Shown here piece after piece: positions 26,833 to 41,298 of a stretch of DNA of 64,000 nt. The notes under the pieces were generated by a model. That model saw nothing but the letters and a program-made list of their open reading frames with translations. It was not told the origin of the DNA and made no database searches. This DNA comes from Chrysomallon squamiferum (lineage: Eukaryota; Animalia; Mollusca): NCBI GenBank assembly GCA_012295275.1, contig CM022679.1, positions 1 through 64,000 on the forward strand, given 5' to 3'. A program made the translations under genes and the position numbers. Every line of letters begins with the position of its first letter. Positions within the stretch are counted from its first letter, which is position 1.

Positions 26833-27831
26833 AGTTCGCAGAATATACAGTCAGGCAGACAGGTGTCACAGAATAAGAAAAAGCTAGGTATGTAGGGAAG
26901 ATGACAGAAATACATATAAACAATCATATGGAACGTCTGACAGATCAGTATGCTAATTACACAACAAACTTTTGACTTGAAAAAATGTTCAGGGTTTTTA
27001 TTAAATAACATGAGTATTCCTTACATGCAGATCTTTAGTTGTAACGTCTGACCCTAAAGTTTAAGTAATTAAGTAACTTGTTTTATTCAGGGCACCTGAT
27101 ACATCAAGTATGTGATGCAGAATGGGTTAATGGTTAACACAGTAGTAGTTTTCTGTACAGATTCACTTATGACTCAGATATTTATTTCACACTGACAAAT
27201 ACTGTTAGCACTCACTGATATTAGTTATCTTAGTAAATACACAGTGTTGTAAGTGTTGTGTTTAATAACCACTAACTGTGTTTGCTTGTGTTTGTCACTG
27301 TGTTTATTTGTTGTTTATTTAATTGTGTTTTACTTGTGTTTGTTTTCTGTGTTTATTTTCTGTGTTTTTCTGTATTTTTTGTTGTTTATTTAATTGTGTT
27401 TATATTGTGTTTATTTGTTGTTTATTTGATGTGTTTATTTGTTGTTTATTTGATATGTTTATTTGTTGTTATTTGATGTGTTTATTTATTGTGTTTTGTT
27501 TTACTTGTGTTCATTTACTGTGTTAATGTATTTATTTTACTTTTTATTTGTTTTATTTTCTGTTTTTTTTTGTATGCTTATTTGCTCTGTTTATTAGTTG
27601 TTTTTATTTAATTGTTTTATTTATGTTTATTCACTGTGTTTATCTGCTGGTTTTCTAACTGTCGACTGGTTTTTCAAGAAAACGATGATACATAAATTTA
27701 GATAAGAAGAGATTTATGTTGTAATCTGAGTGTGAAGTAGTCAGGGTGTAATAGGACTCGTACAACACGTCCTTAGCTCCTCGTCACATTCACTGTATAT
27801 TTCATTGTTTATGTCTTCTTCTTATTATTAT

Positions 27832-27862
<31 letters not shown>

Positions 27863-28168
27863 GTTGTTGTTGTTGTTGTTGTTGTTGTCACAGCACCATC
27901 ATCATCATTATCACAACAATTATTATTACTTTATGATCAGTACTTCGTAAATAGTTGTTAGTTGTTAAATATTAAAGTACGCCTTTCCGGTAACACAGTC
28001 TAGAGAAAGTCATTAAGTAGATAATCTGTGATGGTTAGTAATCCATTTTATCACCTAATCCATCATAATCTATCTCAGTCCCATGGTAATCTGTCATAAT
28101 CCTACTTAAACTGTTTATCCTAGTTGACTGTCCTAATCTCTAACACAGTAAGTTTAGACTTTTACTAC

Positions 28169-28223
<55 letters not shown>

Positions 28224-28555
28224 GCACACACAAATACATGCACATGCACATGCATACATAGTACATAAATACATACATACATACATACATAGAAATAAAA
28301 ATAATGGCTGCTTCGTCTTGTCTCTCAGTACAAAACTGTTAAAATTAAAATACTGAGATGACAGTTAACATAAATTTTAAATACCTGACAAACAGACAGA
28401 CACACAGACAACTCCCCTGTCACAGGTACATTATAGTAATCTGTGAATTACCTATTAAAAGATATGATGTACCTGTCACACATCTGTCACTTACCTGGGT
28501 AATGTAGTAAATATAACGTGTCAAGCGTGTAAGACTGTCACTGTTTGACGTCACC

Positions 28556-28609
28556 ATGTTGTACAGGTTGTCATCATTGTACTCAGTCTGTTGGGACTTT
28601 TGTTGTAGG
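28556..28609 (+). CDS. Putative distal first coding exon of the RasGEF1 gene (MLYRLSSLYSVCWDFCCR)
   Basis: Kozak-like caccATG, 54 nt = 18 codons, strong phase-0 donor AGG|gtgaga; joins in frame to 32558 microexon. Confidence 0.6.
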
Positions 28610-29470
28610 GTGAGATTTTTGTTACATACTATAGTAGTAAGAATCATTTCATTGAATACTTAGTCCTAAATGCAACGTTGCCGTGTCTCATATTGACACA
28701 GCAACTTCTTAGCTTAGTATGGTGTATTTTGACAAGTTAATTTGTATATGATTGAATGAAGTATGTTAAAAATTAGATTTATTAAAATAATATCAAATTA
28801 AGTTATTATAAATAATTATTCAGAGAATTTTAACTGACAATATTTGTTTCCATTTCTTAAATATCTAAAATATCAATTCAAAAGAAAAAAAGAAAATTTA
28901 AAATGTTAATAATTTTTTAAAAAGTAAATATTGAAATTGGTAAATATTGGTTCTTTTTCTCTGTCTGTGTTGACCAGTGAGACCCAAGGTCATGTTTGTG
29001 TTTGTAACAATGCGGTTCTTCACGTTGATCAACAGAGATTTTTGTTTTGAAATGTCAGAGAGAGTTTGTTGTGTTCCCACACTGAGTCTTTCTGTGTAAC
29101 AGTCACATATATCAGAGACTGTGACATATTTAGTTTATCTCTCCAGCAAGCTCTCAGACTGAAGATTTAAAAAAATAATATCATCAGCTAACTTCAAAAA
29201 CAAAACTTTGGTTTGTGAGTAAAACAGTAAAATAAACTTGTTATGTTGACATTACTGACACAGTAAGTTGATGTTTTCATGTGAAATTATTCAAATAACA
29301 GACATATCTCACATACACAGATATGTATACATACATATACACATATACACACACACACATACATACATACATACACACATACATACATATACACATATAC
29401 ACACACACACATACATACCTAATACACACACATCTATTTATCTATATATTTATGTGTGTGTGCATGTATT

Positions 29471-29514
<44 letters not shown>

Positions 29515-31416
29515 GTGCGTCGTGATGTGTTAGTATGTGTGTGTATCTGTTAGTGTGTGTGTGTGTTAGTGTGTGTTAGTGTGTGTGTTTGTTAGTGTGC
29601 GTGTGTTAGTGTGTGTGTGAGAGTGTGTGTGTGTGTGTGAGTGTGTGTTAGTGAATGTGTGAGTGTGTGTGTGTGTGTAGTGTGTGTGTGTGTGTGTTAG
29701 TGTGCATGTGTTAGTGTGTGTGTGTGTGTGTGTGTTAGTGTGTGTGTTAGTGTGTGTGTGTGAGTGTGTTAGTGTGTGTGTGAGTGTGTTAGTGTGTGTG
29801 TTAGTGTCTGAGTGAGTGTGTGTAAATGACAGATGTTAGGTATAAGTGTGTAATATTAGGTATAAGTGTGTAATATTATGTGTATTTAACATTTTAGTGG
29901 TTTTTACTTGCCACTGGTCATTAACTGATGTAACAAAATCACTCAACCATGACTAGATTTTTGCATGCTTCACTGATTCGAGTTTAATCATGTTTGAAAA
30001 AATCTCACAATTAGTTATAATCTGTAAGGAAAATTATATTTAAAAGAAACTTTAATTTAACATTTTAAGATAAACTTACCTGCAGTAATTTCTTTTTTTT
30101 TTTCTGTCAGGGAAAAATGTTATAAATTCATAAATCATTTTTGTTTATTTATTTATTATAATCATTATTATTTTAAATGTGAGAGAACAAAAACATCTGG
30201 TATATCTCACTGTGTAGACAAAAAAAAAAAAAAAAAATTACTTGAATCACACCTGTTTTAGGTCATTTACTCATTATTTGTGTGTTGCCTGGCAACAAGC
30301 AATAAAAAAAATCAATTTACCTGTAAAAGAATTCTGTGAATATTGAGGGTGTGAACATTAAAACTTTGTTAAACTTTATTTTAGTGCAGTTAGTGACAGA
30401 GTTACCTGTTTGTTCAAGTGTGAACATTAAAACTTTGTTTAACTGTAAAATAACCCAGTTCCCTGTACACACCTGAAAAGTTTATTTTTGTGAGAGGTGT
30501 AAAACTGCATTTAACAGTAAACTGACACCAATAACCTGCAAGCACCTGAATAATTTATAAAATAAAACTTTTTTTTAATGAATTTACACAACAAAGGAGA
30601 AGATTTTGTTTCAGGTGAACTCAAAAATTTTTTTTCTCAACAATTTCACACAAAATATTTTCATTCTTAGTCACAGAATTTTCTTTTCTTTGCTACATTT
30701 TTTTTGTCTCTCTTTTCTTTTTTACTGGAATTTTTTTTTCCTTTCTGATTTTTCTCTTTAGTGATATCTTTTCTTTTCTTCTTCTTTTCTCTTCTTAATT
30801 CTTTCATTCTTTCCTCTCATGCCTGAAGTGCGGTGAAGTGGAACTGTGAGGGTCTCAACCCACAGTTTTGAAAACGCAGACTGAAGTGTGGTTATAGCGT
30901 GGGAAATACAAGTGACAGTAAAACAAAATCTCACTGAGAAATTGTAGCCATGAGCAATTTCTTCAGGTCTCAACTCAATTAAGCAGGATTAAAAGATAAG
31001 CTTGAAGTTTAAGTGGCTGGGTTTATTTAAGTAAATAATTAGACTTTTCGAAAGCTGACACCTGAGTGAGAGTGTGTACCTGGAAGGTGACTGAACTAAT
31101 ATTTGTATTTTGATGATTTTTAAACACCTGGGTCTTACATGTCACTGAGATGTTTAGATTTATTTATTTTATTTTATTTGTTTGTTTGTTTGTTTGTGTT
31201 TCTTGTCTTTGTTTATTTATTTATTTTATACCTGACATCTGAACAGTGACAAGTTTAGCTGACAAAGCTAATCAAGAGTAAATAATGAGTTTTTTGTTAT
31301 CAACATCTGATATTACCTGTCAGGTGATTAAATTAATATTGATGTTCAGACTGACATTCACCTGGCCACTGTAACAGAAAGTAGATTAGTAACACAGGTA
31401 AACTGTAGATTAACAC

Positions 31417-31545
31417 TACAGTAGCTCAGTGGTTAGAACACTCACGTCTTAGGTTACAGGATCAATCCTCACTGGTCTACCTTTGTGTTATTTCCCAGTC
31501 TAACCAGTACTCACAACTAAAGTATCAAAGTCAGCAGGAACATGA
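31417..31545 (+). mobile_element. tRNA-derived SINE relic
   Basis: Pol III A box TAGCTCAGTGG, B-box-like GGATCAATCC, followed by non-tRNA body (ttatttcccagtctaaccagtactcacaac..tatcaaag). Confidence 0.65.
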
Positions 31546-31844
31546 TTTTAATTTAACAACAACAACAACATCATCAATGATGTTGATAATATAATAATAA
31601 TAATAACAACAACAACAACAACAAAGAAAAAAAATGAAAATAAATAAATAATTAAATAAAAAAGAAGAAATAAAATAAGTTTACTACTAAGACAGAGAAG
31701 TGGGTGAAGAGTCAGTGACATGTTACACAGCAGCTGATTGGTTGATGTAACAGTAAACTGACCTATTAAACAACTTGTTTTAACAGTAAATAACAGATTG
31801 ACACAATTACTCATTTTAAATTTGAACACTGCTGGTGTGTATTT

Positions 31845-31902
31845 ACTGTTATTATTATTGTTATTACTATTATTATTACTATTATTATGATTATTATTAT
31901 GA

Positions 31903-31933
<31 letters not shown>

Positions 31934-32058
31934 TATTATTATTATTACTATTATTATTACTATTATTATTACTATTATTATTACTATTATTATTATTATT
32001 ATTATTATTATTTATTATTATTACTATTATTATTACTATTATTATGATTATTATTATG

Positions 32059-32096
<38 letters not shown>

Positions 32097-32229
32097 TATT
32101 ATTACTATTATTATTACTATTATTATTACTATTATTATGATTATTATTATGATTATTATTATGATTATTATTATTATTATTACTATTATTATTACTATTA
32201 TTATTACTATTATTATTACTATTATTATG

Positions 32230-32282
<53 letters not shown>

Positions 32283-32365
32283 TATTATTACTATTATTAT
32301 GATTATTATTATGATTATTATTATTATTATTACTACTACTACTAGTACTACTATCACCATTACTA
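31845..32365. repeat. Compound (TAT)n/(TAC/GAT) trinucleotide microsatellite
   Basis: Direct inspection. Confidence 0.97.
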
Positions 32366-32557
32366 TTGTTAAACATTTATTATTTTTTTTTTAATTCTGT
32401 TATTACTATTATTGTTGTTGTTGATTTTGCTCTTGTTGTTGTTGTTGTTACTATAATTATTGTTATTATTACATAATTCTTCAGGTTTGTTATGTGATAA
32501 ATTTATTTAATAAGAAAAAATAAAAATAAAAACTAAATTTGTATTTTTCTGTTTCAG

Positions 32558-32608
32558 TCATCTCGAAGCCAACCTGCCATTGGATTGAAACAGACTCCGA
32601 AAACACGT
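32558..32608 (+). CDS. Putative 51-nt symmetric microexon of the RasGEF1 N-terminus (SSRSQPAIGLKQTPKTR)
   Basis: Polypyrimidine acceptor tttttctgtttcag|, donor |gtaagt, open frame, phase 0-0, unique sequence amid repeats. Confidence 0.7.
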
Positions 32609-32620
32609 GTAAGTTTTACA

Positions 32621-33058
32621 CATCACAAACATAACATGTTAAATATCACAAACATAACATGTTAAATATCACAAACATAACATGTTAAATATCTCAAACA
32701 TAACATGTTATATATCACAAATATAACATGTTAGATATCACAAATATAACATGTTAAATATCACAAACATAAAATGTTAAATATCACAAATATAAGATGT
32801 TAAATATCACAAATATAACGTTAAATATCACAAATATAACATGTTAGATATCACAAATATAACATGTTAAATATCACAAACATAACATGTTAAATATCAC
32901 AAATATAACATGTTAAATATCACAAATATAACGTTAAATATCACAAACATAACATGTTAAATATCTCAAACATAACATGTTAGATATCATAGGGGTTTGG
33001 TCTGGTATAACATGTTAGATATGACAAATATAACATGTTAGATATGACAAATATAACA
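32621..33058. repeat. 23-bp minisatellite (aaatatcacaaacataacatgtt)
   Basis: About 19 copies, each with palindrome TAACATGTTA. Confidence 0.95.
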
Positions 33059-33204
33059 CAGAGTGGATGTAAGCTGAGTTTCCCCACACAAAATAGATGT
33101 GTCTAGTAAGATGTATCACACATGAATTAACTTGGAATTGTGGATGAATGAATTTACAAACATAAAGCTTTCAAGTCAGAACTGAGTACATCTTATGTTG
33201 CACA

Positions 33205-33845
33205 AATAACACACAGTACAGAAACACAGACATACAGATACACAAATACACACATAGATGTACAGATACACAGACATACAGATATACAACTACACAGACA
33301 CACAGACACACAGATACACAGATATACAACTACACAGACACACAGACACAGATACACAACTACACAGATACATATACACACAGACATACAGATACACAAA
33401 TACACACACAGATGTACATATACACAGACATACAGATATACAACTACACAGACACACAGACACACAGATACACAGATATACAACTACACAGACACACAGA
33501 CATACAGACACACAGACATACAGATATACAGACACACAGACACACATATACACATGCATACAGACATACAGATTCACAACTACACAGACACACAGATACA
33601 CACAGACACACAGACACACAGACACACATATACACATGCATACAGACATACAGATTCACAACTACACAGACACACAGACACACAGACACACATATACACA
33701 TGCATACAGACATACAGATTCACAACTACACAGACACACAGGCAAATGTACAGACACACAGATACAAACAGACACACAGACACACAGACACACAGATACA
33801 CACAGACACACAGATACACACAGACACACAGACACACAGACAGAT
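33205..33845. repeat. CA-rich compound minisatellite
   Basis: cacagacaca/caactacacaga higher-order repeats. Confidence 0.95.
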
Positions 33846-35281
33846 CTGACAGAAATAAACAGACAATTGCACTCCACTGACTAATACACTTTATCTGTTG
33901 AGGAATGAAAAGGTCAAAGTTCATGATGTGTTGCTATTGGAAACATGTGAGGTATGTGTGGGGGAGGGGGGCATTGTACAGGTGAATTCCAGATGCAAAA
34001 CATATTTTTATCTTTCTTATCTGAAAAATGTCAGAGAGAGAGAGAGAGACACACACACACATACTTACACACATACACACACAGAATTATGGAGATACAA
34101 CTTGTCTGTTCTTTGATATAATACATGATAAAGGATTACACCTGTGACATATTAAATATGAGACAATTGTTCTAACCACTGGACTATAAGACTGACAGTT
34201 TAAGTGACAGAACTCTACAAGCAGATTAATACAAGTTGTATCACACTGTCAGACTCTTGTTTAACTGTTTATGTGTGAGAAGGCTGGGAAGGCTTTGTAC
34301 AGAGGAACATCATAGATAAACATTGCTGAGATCTCCAGAGTCTAAGTTTCTCTTCATCAACATTTCTCTACCTCACTCCAGAGAGCTGTTAATATTTTCT
34401 CATAGACTTATCTCCCCTGATGACTGAGTTGGACACATTTCTGTATTTATTTACAGGTTTTCTATTCACTTCGTATGTTGAATGTTTATATAAACATTTT
34501 TATTTCTTTTTTCTATTTATAATAATTTTAAAAAATATATTTTTAGTGATTTCCTGAAATAAAACTTTCTGATAGGTTTCAGTGGTCTTAGTCTTGTTAC
34601 ATTCTTATCTTTAACATGCAAGCAATTACACTGTCAGCTGACCTCTGGTCAACAACCTGTTAGAAACTGACCGGTTTGAATTTCTCACTAATGTACTCAG
34701 TAATGTAGAACTGACTGAGAGAAAAACTGATGTGTTCACGACAGGCGTGCTTGTGTAAATCAAGCTAAAAATAGCTACTTTTACAATTACAGCACTTTTT
34801 AGTTTATGGTTAAATGTTTGATTTTTAGATGTGTAGATGCTGAGATCAAATCTTCTCACCGAGTTCTGCACATAATTAAGTTTAATACTCTGATTGCTGA
34901 CACTCAACACTTTATTAACAAAACTTTATTGTGTGCAAGACTTGAACCACTACAACTGTGACTTGTCTGACTGTAAACAACTGATGAGGTGTAAAACTGA
35001 TTTACTGACCAGTGTCCAGTGCTTTGACCAATCACACTTCATTACAAACACTGCACTGCCTGACCAGTGGTCACTAATGTCCAAAATTATCTCCATTGTT
35101 GAACTGGACACAATCAATCAACAGTTATCTCCAGGGAGTCACTGCCTAACCCAGCCTCTTATCTGCCCTGAGGGTCAGTTTCTGGAGAGTCTCCCTGTTA
35201 AACATCTCAGTGACAGGCGGAGATCAACAAATTACAGATTAGAGCTTCAACCACTTCCATGTGTGGTCCTCCCACTGTGTT

Positions 35282-35496
35282 ACACACAGTTATATACATA
35301 GTTATATTATACATAGTTATATTACACATAGTTATATTATACATAGTTATATTACACATAGTTATATTATACATAGTTATATTACACAGTTATATACATA
35401 GTTATATTATACATAGTTATATTATACATAGTTATATTACACATAGTTATATACATAGTTATATTATACGTAGTTATATTATACATAGTTATATTT
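35282..35496. repeat. 15-bp minisatellite (acatagttatattat)
   Basis: Direct inspection. Confidence 0.95.
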
Positions 35497-35583
35497 CACA
35501 CATACATACAGGTACTGATTTTAATTAATTTAAAAACACAAATTCTATTTTACTTTTTTATTGCTTTTATTTATTATACTATA

Positions 35584-35630
<47 letters not shown>

Positions 35631-36262
35631 GTGTAATTTTTATCTTATTTTATTTCATTTTATTTACTATTTTCATTCTGTTACTAATACAGTTATACTT
35701 TAAAAGAAAACGGAAATTGTAAAATTCTTCTTTAACTTTTTCTCAAGTTTCACTCTTACACTATTATTTTGTGTTGTGTCCTTGAAATAAACAAACACAT
35801 TGTTGTGTTGAAAACAAACACATTGTTGTGTTCAAAACAATTCTTGGCAGTGGATGTGAAATTTTTATCATCCTGAAATTAATTCCTGCAAATTTGAGAA
35901 TTTCTAAGAAAACAGAAAGAATATTGATTGATGATGGAATTCTGACTCAGTACTGGATGAGCAACAGGCACTAGACTTGCCAAAGTCTGTTTCAGACAAT
36001 TGAACAAATAGATATATTGTTCTACGTACACATCCATTGTATAAATTATAAACTTTGTTTTATTTATTATTATTTTGATTAAAAAAACACAAAATGTGTA
36101 AGTGACTGGACAAACAAAGTAGCTGGTGTTTGTGTCTGTAGAACAGACTGGTGTACAGTCTAGGTGTGATTCAGTGTGTGTCGTTGTTTACCAAGTTGGA
36201 GCTGTATATAAGGTGATGCAGAAAGTTGATTAACTGATGGTAAATACGAGAGTTACTTCACG

Positions 36263-36331
36263 ATGTTTGAGTGCTGGTTACTTCCCTGGAATAAAAACAT
36301 CTCGTTTGGATCCTGTTTTTACTTGGACAAG
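36263..36331 (+). CDS. Putative alternative first coding exon of RasGEF1 (MFECWLLPWNKNISFGSCFYLDK)
   Basis: TATA-like gtatataagg at ~36205, ATG, 69 nt = 23 codons, phase-0 donor AAG|gtacaa (weaker donor). Confidence 0.45.
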
Positions 36332-36656
36332 GTACAAGTGATTTTTTAGAATTATATAATTGTATTCTTGATAATTACATTATTTTTTTTTAAATGTTAT
36401 TGATGCCATAATTTGCTTGATATTCGTAATAAAGGCATACGCATTCGAGCACACACACACACACACACACACACAAACCAAACATAAACATGTATAGATG
36501 ATATGATTTTTAATATTATTGAATTTTTTATTAATAATTATATTTTTAAGATTGAAGTTGGTGTATTGTAGCTTGAAATTAATAATAGACTAACACAGAT
36601 GCAAACAGACAAAGACACATATTTGTACATGAAACATGCTGTTTACATATTTACAC

Positions 36657-36729
<73 letters not shown>

Positions 36730-37002
36730 TATCTATGCATGTTTGTATGATTTTTATTTTTTTATATATGTTAACTATATTTTGTATCTCTGCATATATG
36801 TATATTTTATTTATCTGTTATATGTGTGTGCATATGTATGAGTGTTTGTACATGAGTGTATGTGTTAATATGTGTGTATGTATGTGTATATGTTATTATT
36901 TATTTATTTTTTGTAAAAAAAAAATGATAGATTAATAATGATATCTGTATAAGTTATAGTTTTAATATTAAAAAGTATAAAACAAAGAAATAATAACAAA
37001 CA

Positions 37003-37033
<31 letters not shown>

Positions 37034-37365
37034 AAGAAGAAGAAGAAAAATTAATAATAAGAAAAACAATAGATTAAAAATTTGTTTTAGTTGTTTTACT
37101 GCCCCTAAAAAATAACTGATAATAAAAGGATTGAATTAACTGAGATCATTTTTTTTATGTATTGGTATACACATACACAAACACATACATCTAAACACAT
37201 ACATACAAGCACAAACATACAAATATGTTTATACATGTAGATTAATCTTTGTTACTGGAGTAGTATAAATAAAAAAAATAAATAAAGGTTAAAAATAAAA
37301 AAAGGTTATTAAGAACTAAATAGCTGTTTTAACTATTAAATAGCAACTGGTTAGAAGTTGGTCAA

Positions 37366-37578
37366 GTGGTTGTGTGTTACTGGTTGTGTGTTACTGGTTG
37401 TGTTACTGGTTGTGTGTTACTGGTTGTGTGTTACTGGTTGTGTTACTGGTTGATGTGTTACTGGTTTGTGTTACTGGTTGTGTTACTGGTTGTGTGTTAC
37501 TGGTTGTGTGTTACTGGTTGTGTTACTGGTTGTTTTACTGGTTGTGTGTTACTGGTTGTGTGTTACTGGTTGTGTGTT
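37366..37578. repeat. 12/14-bp minisatellite (tggttgtgtgttac)
   Basis: Direct inspection. Confidence 0.95.
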
Positions 37579-38678
37579 TATCCAGTTGATGTGTTTAGCT
37601 GCTGTTAGTAAAACAGATGTGTGTGATATAAAGAATAGTGTGGTTTTTAGCACAGGTAACACAACACCTGTAGGTCTGTGTATCAAGTGATTTAACACCT
37701 GAAAATAACACTTACCTCAATTCTCACTTAAACAACTGTTCAGCTAGTGCTGGTACTGATGTACTGCAGTGTCTCGTGATTTTATATGATTTCCCATTCC
37801 AGCTCAGTTTTCCCTTTCTGTATTCTTTCTTTATCTATCTGTCTATCTGTCTCTCTTTAGAACTAATACAGTAATCTAGTGGTACTGTTAATTTATTACA
37901 CATAATCATCCTCTGTTTAAATACACTAACAACCTCTTCTTCTTTAATTTATCCTAAACCTCTTAACCTCATCTGTCAGTTAACCTCAGTGATGATGACC
38001 ACTCCCAGGTGATTAGAGGGGGGAACAAGCATTGTTATAGTAACCTTGATTGACAGCCTCTGTCTGAGTTAATCTGCAAGTCTCTTGTTTCTGTCTTCTC
38101 TCTCTCTCTCAGAGAAATCTGCAAGTGGAACAACTTGAAACGTTTCATTAGTTTTTTCTGTTTCTCTGTCTGCGTGCTGTGAACCAGTTCCTCTACATCA
38201 CTGCTGTGTTTTAGTATAACCAGGATTTTGTGTTTATTAGAAAACATCAGATTTTTCGTGCTTGTTGATAAAAACAGGATTTTGTGTTTTAGTAAACACT
38301 GATTTTGTGTTTGTTGTAAGAACACAGACTTTGTTGGATGCACTGTATGAGGACAAGTTTAAACACTTTTGTTTTCTTAATATGTAAGTATATCAGACAT
38401 ATAGGATGTTGCTTTTATTATTACCATTATCATTTCTATTACAGCTTTTATTATTATTGTGATGATTATTGCTTTTGTTGTTATTATTATTATTATTATT
38501 ATTATCATCATTATTATTATTATTATTATTATTGTTATGATTACTGCTTTTGTTATTATTATTATTATATTATTATATTATCATCATTATTACTACTACT
38601 GTTGTTTTTATTCTGAATTTTGTGAAGAAATCAAATTAATATCACTACTTTTATAAGCTATTTTAATTATTAATCATA

Positions 38679-38717
<39 letters not shown>

Positions 38718-38899
38718 ATTTGTATGCTAACATATACATATATTTATACACACCCACCCACACACACATATATATACATATGCATACATACATACATACA
38801 CACACAGGTGTACATATATTAAGTATAAAACATAATGAATATAATTTTTATCTTTTTAGAAATATATTTATACACACACATACATATCTACACACACAT

Positions 38900-39560
38900 A
38901 TACACATATACAAAGACACACACAGTCACACAGATACAAAGACACACACAGTCACACATATACAAAGACACACACAGTCACACATATACAAAGACACACA
39001 CAGTCACACATATACAAAGACACACACAGTCACACAGATACAAAGACACACACAGTCACACATATACAAAGACACACACAGTCACACAGATACAAAGACA
39101 CACACAGTCACACATATACAAAGACACACACAGTCACACAGATACAAAGACACACATATCACACAGATACAAAGACACACACAGTCACACATACAAAGAC
39201 ACACACAGTCACATATATACAAAGACACACACAGTCACACATATACAAAGACACACACAGTCACACATATACAAAGACACACACAGTCACACATATACAA
39301 AGACACACACAGTCACACATATACAAAGACAAAGACACACACATATACACATATACAAAGACACACACAGTCACACATATACACAGACACACACAGTCAC
39401 ACATATACAAAGACACACACATATACACATATACACAGACACACACATATACACATATACACAGACACACACATATACACATATACAAAGACACACACAT
39501 ACACACATATACAAAGACACACACATACACACATATACAAAGACACACACAGTCACACAG
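38900..39560. repeat. 26-bp minisatellite (gacacacacagtcacacatatacaaa)
   Basis: Direct inspection; source of the 309-aa and 256-aa spurious ORFs. Confidence 0.95.
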
Positions 39561-39889
39561 ATAAATTTATGTTTATCAAATATGCTGGTGATCTGTTTTT
39601 TCTAGAAATCTGAGAAAACATGATAAGTTAAGAATGAAAATCTTTGCCAAGGAATTCTCCAGTTCTCCCATCATTTGGGTTTCTAAGTCAAACAAGATTC
39701 TGGCAGTAACTAATCTCTGTTTCCTGCTGGAAATGTTATTTAAAAAAAGAAAAGAAGAAAATGTTTTTAGACATCCATTTATTTTGGACAGAAAAAATAA
39801 GAGAACAAATCTTAGCATATTTAAATGAGACTCTACAAATGTTATCAGCTGGTTTTTCAACAAAAGTTTAACAACAGTTTTGATCCCAC

Positions 39890-39970
39890 TTTTAGTACAG
39901 GACAGTGTTAATTATGATACTGCATGGACTTTCAGACTGACATTGCTGGTTCAAATCCAGGCAGCAGAAA
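39890..39970 (+). mobile_element. Isolated tRNA-like head (SINE remnant)
   Basis: Perfect B box GGTTCAAATCC inside ctGG...CCag stem; no intact cloverleaf or A box. Confidence 0.3.
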
Positions 39971-40040
39971 CTGTGTTTATATATCTGAATGTATATGAGT
40001 GAATGTGTGTGTGTGTGTGCATGTGTGTGTGTCTATTTGT

Positions 40041-40126
<86 letters not shown>

Positions 40127-40730
40127 TGTCTGTGTGTGTGTAAATTAACTCGCTCTTTTCTTTCTCTGTTTCTCTTTTTTAACTGTCATTATTTCTCTCT
40201 CTCTCTCTGACTGTCTGTCTTTCTGTATCATTCCAGTTTGATTTATCATGTTTGATATCAGTGATATGTCACTACAGAGGTTAGATACAAGTTATATGTC
40301 ATTTATCTTCAGCAATAAAATAAGAAAACTGTTTTGTTTTTTATAACTCATGATTAACAGCTAGCAGTGGTATTTTACATACAAGTCATACTACACTACT
40401 TCACTGTTTTTCAAGTACAAATCAACATTTTTACTTCTTTTAATCTATGTACTTTTGTATTTGTTTTTTAACACAAATATTTAACTTGTTTTTTCTTTTG
40501 TTTGTTGCAAGTTCACATGGTTAATTTATTCAGTCAGTCTGTTTACTTGTAAACGTTTACACACAAAGCTGTTTTCACTGACTGTTGAAGTAAACTAAGT
40601 GAATGTATTCAAACATTAACCTCTCCTCTCTGTTTTCTCCCAAGATAAAAATCATTAACAGCCAAACTGAGTGAGTTCAAGTCTCCACAGGGGAAGTATT
40701 TACTAACGTTCTTTTTTTGTTTATTTTCAG

Positions 40731-40787
40731 CCGACAATCTTTGGCACGATTACACAAGAGAAGTCTCCAAGTGAAAACAGACGAACT
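40731..40787 (+). CDS. Putative 57-nt symmetric microexon of RasGEF1 N-terminus (PTIFGTITQEKSPSENRRT)
   Basis: Branch-point-like tactaac, acceptor ttttttgtttattttcag|, donor |gtgagt, open frame, phase 0-0. Confidence 0.75.
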
Positions 40788-40842
40788 GTGAGTTTTTGTT
40801 TGCTTTATACTCTGTCACACACACACACAGACACACACACAG

Positions 40843-40876
<34 letters not shown>

Positions 40877-41298
40877 ACAAACATACAGAAGATGTTAAAG
40901 AAGATGACTTGTAAATATTAACTGAATTAATTGATACATAGTAACAGACAAGTGTTTGGAGATCATGCAGTGAACTGAAGTGAAAGATGTGTATTTTGTT
41001 TTATTTTTTTATATGTACAGACAGACAGACAGTTATTTACTAAAGTATAAATTTATTTTGGTGTTGTTTTACTGGATCTAAACTGTTTGCTGCAGTTATG
41101 GAAACTGATAAACAGACAGAAACCACAGACATTTGCCATTTACATGCTTCTGTTCTTTCCTCCCAAACCTTGACTCTCACAAGAATTTCTACTTGGCTAA
41201 TTTCCAGCAGGTAAAAACACACCTGAGCAAGTCTGAAATATTTTCACAGATTCCTGGAATTGCTGTTTTGTTTAGAATAGAACAACACAACAAACTGC

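Noticed and set aside
31417-31490. tRNA gene
   Set aside because: A and B boxes present but no cloverleaf or acceptor stem; continues into a SINE-like body.
31548-32394. Poly-I/N/Y ORFs
   Set aside because: Trinucleotide microsatellite.
38684-39613. 309-aa and 256-aa His/Thr-rich ORFs
   Set aside because: Translation of a 26-bp CA-rich minisatellite; open on both strands and several frames.
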